In this document: piece after piece, positions 57,940 through 64,000 of the stretch
Numbering within the stretch: the first letter of the stretch is position 1
How the letters are laid out: every line of letters begins with the position of its first letter
Origin: Nitrosopumilus sp.
Lineage (GTDB): Archaea > Thermoproteota > Nitrososphaeria > Nitrososphaerales > Nitrosopumilaceae
Assembly: GCA_965205675.1 (NCBI GenBank)
Contig: OZ242186.1
Coordinates: forward strand, 352,001-416,000
DNA: 64,000 nucleotides
Direction of reading: 5' to 3'
Notes under the pieces: model-generated
Databases searched by the model: none
What the model saw: the letters and a program-made list of their open reading frames with translations, nothing else
Told to the model about the DNA's origin: nothing
Translations under genes and position numbers: made by a program

Positions 57940-59301
57940 TTGGCAATTTTACCTATAGATAATGGTCGATATGGCACCAAAGAAATGATGGAAATATTTA
58001 GTGAGCAAAAAAAAGTTGATTATCAATTAGAAATTGAAGGTGCAGCTGCAATTTCCCAAAGTGAGATAGGCATGATTTCAAAAAGCATAGGTAAAGAAAT
58101 ACTCAAAGCTGCAATGTCTGGAAAAATCACTGCAAAAAGAATTAAACAATTAGAAGCAAAAAGTGATCATGATACCGCTGCTCTTGTTGAATCATTAAGT
58201 GAAAAATGTTCTAAAAATGCAAGACCGTGGATTCACTATGGTCTTACTAGTAATGATTTAGTAGATACAAGTAATTCAATGCAAATGCGAGATGCCTTAC
58301 AAATTATTGAACCAAAAGTTGCAAAGATGGCATCTATTCTTGCAAAAAAAGCTGTAAAACATGGAAAAATTCCAGCTGTAGGTAGAACTCACGGACAACA
58401 TGCCAGCATTATATCATTTGGATTAAAATTTGCTAATTGGGCTGCAGAGATGGCAAAACATGTAGAGCGAATTGAAGAAATTAAGAAAAGAATTTTGATT
58501 TGTAAAACATTAGGTGTCGTAGGTACGGGTTCCGTAATGGGTGCAAAATCACTTGAAGTACAAAAAAGAGCTGCAAAGCGATTAAAATTATTCCCAGCAG
58601 AAGTTACCACACAAATTGTACCTAGAGAAAGATATACTGAATATGTGTTTGAATTGGCATTGATTGGTGCTACTTTAGAAAAAATTGCAATAGAAATCAG
58701 GAATTTACAAAGAACTGAAATTGGGGAAGTTGCTGAACAATTCAAAAAAGGACAAATGGGAAGCAGTGCAGTTCCAGTGAAAAGGAATCCAATAAAGAGT
58801 GAACGAGTATCATCATTGTCAAAATTAGTAAGAAGTCAAGTAGCATTATCTTTTGAAAATATTCCATTATGGCATGAACGAGATTTATCAAATTCAGCCA
58901 ATGAGAGATTTGTAATTCCAACAGTATCAATTCTAGTTGATGAAATGCTTGAAACCATGACTAGAATTGTTTCAAACTTGATGGTAAACGAGAAAAGAAT
59001 TGTAGATAATCTATACATTACAAAAGGCCAAATATTTGCAGAGTTTGTTTTAGAGGCATTAATCAAAAAAGGTATTCCAAGATTTGTTGCATATAGAGAT
59101 GTCCAGAGAGTGGCATTTGAGGCAAATGACAAAGGAATGTTTTACAAAGATGCAATCAAAAACGATAAAGCATTTTCTTCAAAGCTCACTGACAAAGAAA
59201 TTGATGCAATATTCTCACCAGAAAAACACCTTGGTGCATCACCAGCAATCATTAGTAATGTAGAGAAATCAGTTAAGAAAACAGTTCAAAAATTCCTCTA
59301 A
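57940..59301 (+). CDS. purB: Adenylosuccinate lyase
   Basis: HYGLTSND, GRTHGQHA, GSSAVPVKRNP, HERDLSNS. Confidence 0.97.
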   Translation: MAILPIDNGRYGTKEMMEIFSEQKKVDYQLEIEGAAAISQSEIGMISKSIGKEILKAAMSGKITAKRIKQLEAKSDHDTAALVESLSEKCSKNARPWIHYGLTSNDLVDTSNSMQMRDALQIIEPKVAKMASILAKKAVKHGKIPAVGRTHGQHASIISFGLKFANWAAEMAKHVERIEEIKKRILICKTLGVVGTGSVMGAKSLEVQKRAAKRLKLFPAEVTTQIVPRERYTEYVFELALIGATLEKIAIEIRNLQRTEIGEVAEQFKKGQMGSSAVPVKRNPIKSERVSSLSKLVRSQVALSFENIPLWHERDLSNSANERFVIPTVSILVDEMLETMTRIVSNLMVNEKRIVDNLYITKGQIFAEFVLEALIKKGIPRFVAYRDVQRVAFEANDKGMFYKDAIKNDKAFSSKLTDKEIDAIFSPEKHLGASPAIISNVEKSVKKTVQKFL

Positions 59302-59389
59302 AACATTTTAGAACAATCATACCTTAAGTGTTGAATCATGGGGATTCAGCCACTATTTTGGAAATGAGAATGGACGCAAATACGCCTAA

Positions 59390-60049
59390 TTAAGAAGATT
59401 TAGTGTGAGATGCAATTCTCTTTTCACTTGGTTTGTGTTTTCCTGTAACGATATAGTTGATGGCATCACTCATGAACACTGCATGATCTCCAATTCTTTC
59501 AAGATAACGTAAGAGTAAGGCTTCAGCTAGAGCACATTTGGTATTGTTTGATTTTATCAACTGTGGCAATCGTTCGTTGTAGATTTTATCTATGAATGCT
59601 TCATCTTCTTGTATTTTTACAGCTTTTCTTACATCAAGTTCTGCAAAGGACAAAACAGCTTCCTTTATCATGTGTTTTACTTTTTTTGTAATTTCAACAA
59701 GAGATTCATTTGGACATTCAGAAATATCCCCAAATAGATCTCTTACCTGAGTTATATCATAAGCATATCTTCCAAATCTTGAAAATGCGTAAGATATTTC
59801 AGTTGACGAACGAATCATTCTAAAATCATCTGCTACTGGTTGATATTTTAATAACATATCAAAAATCAAATCTTCAACTTCGAAATACTTGTTACGAATT
59901 GAATCAGATAGTTCGTAAACCTGCTCAGTGGTATTTTTTCCATCAAGATATGAATCGACAGCTAGTGAAACACATTCACTTGCCATATCTCCCATCTGAG
60001 ACATTATCGCACTTAATCTTTCAAGAGATGGATCAATTAATCTAGTCAT
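59390..60049 (-). CDS. phoU: Phosphate transport regulator PhoU
   Basis: YQPVADDFR, RYLERIGDHA; follows pstB. Confidence 0.93.
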   Translation of the reverse strand: MTRLIDPSLERLSAIMSQMGDMASECVSLAVDSYLDGKNTTEQVYELSDSIRNKYFEVEDLIFDMLLKYQPVADDFRMIRSSTEISYAFSRFGRYAYDITQVRDLFGDISECPNESLVEITKKVKHMIKEAVLSFAELDVRKAVKIQEDEAFIDKIYNERLPQLIKSNNTKCALAEALLLRYLERIGDHAVFMSDAINYIVTGKHKPSEKRIASHTKSS

Positions 60050-60885
60050 TATCCAAATTGCCCCTGAACATATTTTGCCGTCAAATCATTTTTTGGATCA
60101 GTAAATAATTTCTTTGTTTCTCTAAACTCAATTAATTCTCCAATATACATAAATCCGGTATAATCTGAAACTCTAACTGCTTGTTGCATGTTATGAGTTA
60201 CTATAATTATCGTATAGTCTTTTTTTAATTCTGTAATTGTTTCTTCAATTTTTTGTGTTGCAATAGGATCTAATGCAGATGCAGGCTCATCCATTAGTAA
60301 TACCTCAGGTTGAATTGCCAATGCTCTTGCAATGCAAAGCCTTTGTTGTTGACCACCAGATAATTCAATTGCAGATTTTTTCAAATCATTTTTTACTTCA
60401 TCCCAAAGATATGCCATTTTGAGCGTATCCTCTACAATTTCATCTAGAATTCTCTTGTCTTTTACTCCATTTAGTTTTAGACCCGCAGTAACGTTATCAT
60501 AAATTGACATTGTTGGGAACGGATTTGGTTTTTGAAAAACCATCCCCACTTTTCTTCTATGATAGATTGGGTCTATTGATTTATCATAGAGATCAATATC
60601 ATCAATCATTACTTTACCTTCAACTTTAGCGTTTTTTGTCATATCATGCATCCGGTTAAGACATCTAAGAAAAGTGGTCTTTCCACATCCAGATGGACCA
60701 ATTAAAGCAGTGACAGATTTTTCTGGAAATTTCATTGTAACGTTTTTCACACCCATTGTATCGCCATAATGAATAGTTACATTTTCTGCAATCATTTTGA
60801 ATTTTTTTTCTACACGAGATACAGAGTCAGGAATTTTTGAATTAGTAGAATTAGTAATGTTTTGTTCAGGTGTACTCATAGTCAT
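60049..60885 (-). CDS. pstB: Phosphate ABC transporter ATPase
   Basis: [39 protein letters not shown]. Confidence 0.97.
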   Translation of the reverse strand: MTMSTPEQNITNSTNSKIPDSVSRVEKKFKMIAENVTIHYGDTMGVKNVTMKFPEKSVTALIGPSGCGKTTFLRCLNRMHDMTKNAKVEGKVMIDDIDLYDKSIDPIYHRRKVGMVFQKPNPFPTMSIYDNVTAGLKLNGVKDKRILDEIVEDTLKMAYLWDEVKNDLKKSAIELSGGQQQRLCIARALAIQPEVLLMDEPASALDPIATQKIEETITELKKDYTIIIVTHNMQQAVRVSDYTGFMYIGELIEFRETKKLFTDPKNDLTAKYVQGQFG

Positions 60886-61805
60886 TGCTTAACTGATCCT
60901 CCATGTTTAATCAACTTCCTTATCATTCCAGTTCCATTTCCAAAATAATAACGAACAGCTAAATTGATTCCAATGATGATAAATATCAAAACTAATGCAG
61001 CCCCCCATCCCTGTAACTGTGAACTCTCATAAGGTAACAAAGATAATCTCCAAATTCTCAAAGGTAAGGCATCCATTGGAACATCCATGCTACTGAAAAA
61101 TTGACTGCTTCCAAGAATGGTCATTATCAAAGGAGCAGTTTCTCCACCTATTCTTGAAACGGAAAGTAAAATTCCAGTAATCATGCCGCCTTTAGCAGCA
61201 GAAATTACAATTCTAAAAGTAATAACCCATTTTTTCAAACCTAGGGCAGTTCCTGCTTCACGATAAGTTACAGGAACCATCTTTAGAGATTCCTCAGTAG
61301 TTCTTGCAACAATTGGAAACATGATTAATGCCAATGCAAATGCACCAGCCCATACTGAAAAATGTCCAAGAATCAATACAATTACTAAAAATGCAAAAAT
61401 TCCAAGAACTATAGATGGAAATTCCATAAACACATCATTGAAAAATCGAACATTTCTTGCAAGTCTATTATCACCGTATTCTGAGAGAAATATACCGGAC
61501 ATAACTCCAATAGGAACTCCAATCAGGCTGGCAAGCCCAATTATTATCAAGGTACCCTGAATTGCAGGTCCAATACCACCTTCACCCGAACCGATTGATC
61601 CAGGAGTTGCAGTTAAAAACTCATAATTTATTGCAGTAATACCATTTTTGAAAACTTCTACAAGTATACTTCCAAGAGGAATAATTGCAATTATGACAAA
61701 TGCGAAAATTATGATATGAACTATTTTATCAACAAGTAATCTCTTTTTTACATTATTTTTGAATAATGCACGATACTCTTGTCTTTTTTCGTTAGTTGTA
61801 GTCAA
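60882..61805 (-). CDS. pstA: Phosphate ABC transporter permease
   Basis: [32 protein letters not shown]. Confidence 0.95.
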   Translation of the reverse strand: MTTTNEKRQEYRALFKNNVKKRLLVDKIVHIIIFAFVIIAIIPLGSILVEVFKNGITAINYEFLTATPGSIGSGEGGIGPAIQGTLIIIGLASLIGVPIGVMSGIFLSEYGDNRLARNVRFFNDVFMEFPSIVLGIFAFLVIVLILGHFSVWAGAFALALIMFPIVARTTEESLKMVPVTYREAGTALGLKKWVITFRIVISAAKGGMITGILLSVSRIGGETAPLIMTILGSSQFFSSMDVPMDALPLRIWRLSLLPYESSQLQGWGAALVLIFIIIGINLAVRYYFGNGTGMIRKLIKHGGSVKQ

Positions 61806-62773
61806 TTGTTAATGGCCCCCTCCTTTACTTTCATCATTCTAGTTACTAGAAGATGTGCGACAACATTAATCACAATTGCAATAAGTAAAAGAATCAAAGC
61901 AACACCAATTAAAGCAGGAAGATGTAAAGATGCAGGAGATGCTTCAACAAACTCATTTGCAATAATACTAGACATTGTTTGACTTGGTTTGAAGAAAGAG
62001 GAGGGGAATGCAGAGATGCCTGTTGCATTACCAATTAACATTGTAACTGCCATTGTTTCGCCAACAGCTCTGCCAAGTCCTAGAATTGAAGCCCCAATTA
62101 ATCCCGTCTTAGAATATGGGAATACTGCAAGCTTGAACATTTCCCATTTCGTTGCACCTAACATGTATGCAGCTTCTCTTTGTTGTTGAGGAACTGCTTT
62201 CATTATTTCACGTGAAACTGATGAAACTGTGGGGATAATCATAATAGCTAAAATTACACTTGCTGTAATGAGATCAAGACCAAATGGAGTTCCTGAAAAT
62301 AAAAATATTGAATCTCCAAACAAATCATGTAAGGGTTTCTCCACCCAATCTTGAAAATAAAGTCTAAAAACTAAAAGACCCCATAGACCATAAATTATGC
62401 TTGGAACTGCTGCTAAAAGTTCAACTAGAAATCCTAATGGGCCACCAATTTTTGCAGGAGCGTCTGAAATGAACATTGCAATTCCAATACTGAGAGGTAC
62501 GCCAATTGCCATTGCTAAAGCAGCAGTAGCAAGCGTACCTGCAATATAGGGCAATGCCCCAAATGACTCTCTCCCCTCAACTGCATTCCAATCAGTACCA
62601 ATGATAAATCCAAGACCTTCAGATTCCCAAATAGGGTAAGATTCAGAAATTAACTGAAATATCATCAGGACGATTATTACTAAAACAAACGCTCCGGCAA
62701 TAGTTGCACCTAATTTGAAAATTTGATCAGAATTAATTTTTCGCTTATGTGGTGTGAGTATATTTTTCTCCAC
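61802..62773 (-). CDS. pstC: Phosphate ABC transporter permease
   Basis: ELLAAVPSIIYGLWG, LGATKWE, GRAVGETMAV. Confidence 0.95.
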   Translation of the reverse strand: MEKNILTPHKRKINSDQIFKLGATIAGAFVLVIIVLMIFQLISESYPIWESEGLGFIIGTDWNAVEGRESFGALPYIAGTLATAALAMAIGVPLSIGIAMFISDAPAKIGGPLGFLVELLAAVPSIIYGLWGLLVFRLYFQDWVEKPLHDLFGDSIFLFSGTPFGLDLITASVILAIMIIPTVSSVSREIMKAVPQQQREAAYMLGATKWEMFKLAVFPYSKTGLIGASILGLGRAVGETMAVTMLIGNATGISAFPSSFFKPSQTMSSIIANEFVEASPASLHLPALIGVALILLLIAIVINVVAHLLVTRMMKVKEGAINN

Positions 62774-62819
62774 ACAGTTTCAACATGAATTACGGGTTAT
62801 CTAAAAAATGATCATAAAT

Positions 62820-62860
62820 TATGTAGAGTATGATATCAATTGAGATCTATATAGACTATG
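62820..62860. promoter_or_regulatory. Candidate operator between the divergent pstC and AbrB-PhoU regulator genes
   Basis: Direct repeats TATGTAGAGTATG (62820) and TATATAGACTATG (62848); palindrome TCTATATAGA (62846-62855). Confidence 0.4.
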
Positions 62861-62911
62861 TTCAGAAGCAGTATAACAACTAAAACGCATTAAACATCAT
62901 AGTTACAAATC

Positions 62912-63934
62912 ATGTCAGAAATTAAACAAATGAGAAGACTGCAATTAACTGGCGGTTCTACATACACTGTTTCATTACCAAAAACATGGGTTGATGAATT
63001 GCAATTAAAGAAAAATTCCAATGTTACTTTAGTAAAGAATCGCAATAATTCAATAATATTATTTCAAGAAGAACAAAATAAAAAGACTAATGCCATTGCG
63101 CTAATTGGAAAAAAGGATTCAAAGGAATCCATAAGAAGAAAAATTATTGCAATGTATCTTTCAGGTTACAAAACTATTGAAATCAAAACTAAAGGAATAG
63201 AAATTACTAGTATGCATAGAGGAGCAATTAGAGATTTAGTTAGAACCACACTAATGGGCACTGAAATAGTTGAGGCAAGTTCAGAAAAAATAATATTACA
63301 AGTTCTTACACAACTTGCACAATTATCATTTGCTGTTGCATTAAAGAGAATGTACATTACTGCTACAAACATGCATCAAGAAGCTATGGAATCATTAAAT
63401 GAAAGAAATTCAGATCATGCCGAAGAAGTTCTCAAAATGGATGATGAGGTTGACAGATTCAGTCTCTATTTACTGAGAAATCTAAATTTATCATTAGAAA
63501 ATGTACAGGTTTTGTTAGATTCTGGGCTCGAAAAACCATCCGATTGCCTTGGCTATAGAACAGTAGTAAAATGTGTAGAAAGAATTGCAGATCATGCAGG
63601 ACTAATTGCAAAAAAAGTAAAATATCTAGATTCTCCAATAGACAAAAAAATTCTAAAAGAAATAGATCAAATTAGCAAAGAATCCCTTATTGTTTTTGAA
63701 AATTCAATCACAGCGCTAACCAAAAGAGATTATGATATGGCAGAAAAAGTGGCATCAAGTGTAACCAAAGTAATTGAAAAAGAGAAAAAACTGATGGATT
63801 CTCTCAAACCAGATGACAATATAGCCATAATAAAATTAATTTTAGAAGACATTAGAAGAACTGCTGAATATTCTAGAGATATATCTGAAATTGCAATAGA
63901 TGAAACAGTACAAAGTGTAATAGAAGAATCTTAA
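62912..63934 (+). CDS. AbrB-PhoU phosphate uptake regulator
   Basis: RRLQLTGGSTYTVSLPKTWV (AbrB) plus DDEVDR and ERIADHA PhoU repeats. Confidence 0.93.
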   Translation: MSEIKQMRRLQLTGGSTYTVSLPKTWVDELQLKKNSNVTLVKNRNNSIILFQEEQNKKTNAIALIGKKDSKESIRRKIIAMYLSGYKTIEIKTKGIEITSMHRGAIRDLVRTTLMGTEIVEASSEKIILQVLTQLAQLSFAVALKRMYITATNMHQEAMESLNERNSDHAEEVLKMDDEVDRFSLYLLRNLNLSLENVQVLLDSGLEKPSDCLGYRTVVKCVERIADHAGLIAKKVKYLDSPIDKKILKEIDQISKESLIVFENSITALTKRDYDMAEKVASSVTKVIEKEKKLMDSLKPDDNIAIIKLILEDIRRTAEYSRDISEIAIDETVQSVIEES

Positions 63935-64000
63935 AAAAAGAAAAAAATAACTTTGGATAATTTATCCGCGGTATTTTTTAGTTAATCCATAGAACATCAT

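Noticed and set aside
63935-64000. 3' end of pstS at the window edge
   Set aside because: Plausible from gene order, but too short to identify a frame or motif

Overview
AT-rich archaeal chromosome segment. Gene content and order point to an ammonia-oxidising Nitrososphaerota (Thaumarchaeota) genome of the Nitrosopumilus type; this is an inference from protein motifs, with no database search. The backbone is housekeeping: rpl21e-rpo4-DUF655-ksgA, pyrK/pyrD, nop5-fibrillarin, rnhB, trm1, rlmE, top6AB, rio1, aIF-2beta, uppS, pyrF, purA, sua5, histone, thiL, rps11, rtcB, purB, pstCAB-phoU and three tRNAs (Ser-GCT, Cys-GCA, Thr-CGT). It is interrupted by many IS elements, mostly decayed. These include (i) a composite-transposon-like block at 4613-7317, where inverted ends of an IS982/IS5-like element enclose a truncated coupling-protein-like ATPase/PD-(D/E)xK gene; (ii) a nested pile at about 31.1-34.6 kb, where an apparently intact IS630 sits inside a second IS630 that splits an IS66-like relic; and (iii) an IS5 pseudo-element at 53.6-54.5 kb. 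Four core information-processing proteins (Nop5, a TFE-beta/RPC34-like factor, S17e, S11) carry near-perfect in-frame tandem repeat expansions. Other leads are a ubiquitin-like-Cgi121 fusion next to sua5, a Grs-like radical SAM enzyme, solo OLD-like and AIPR genes, a candidate hairpin ncRNA and several unannotated micro-ORFs. No CRISPR array or rRNA was seen. I cannot establish a wholly new system from sequence alone; the best candidates are scored in the findings.
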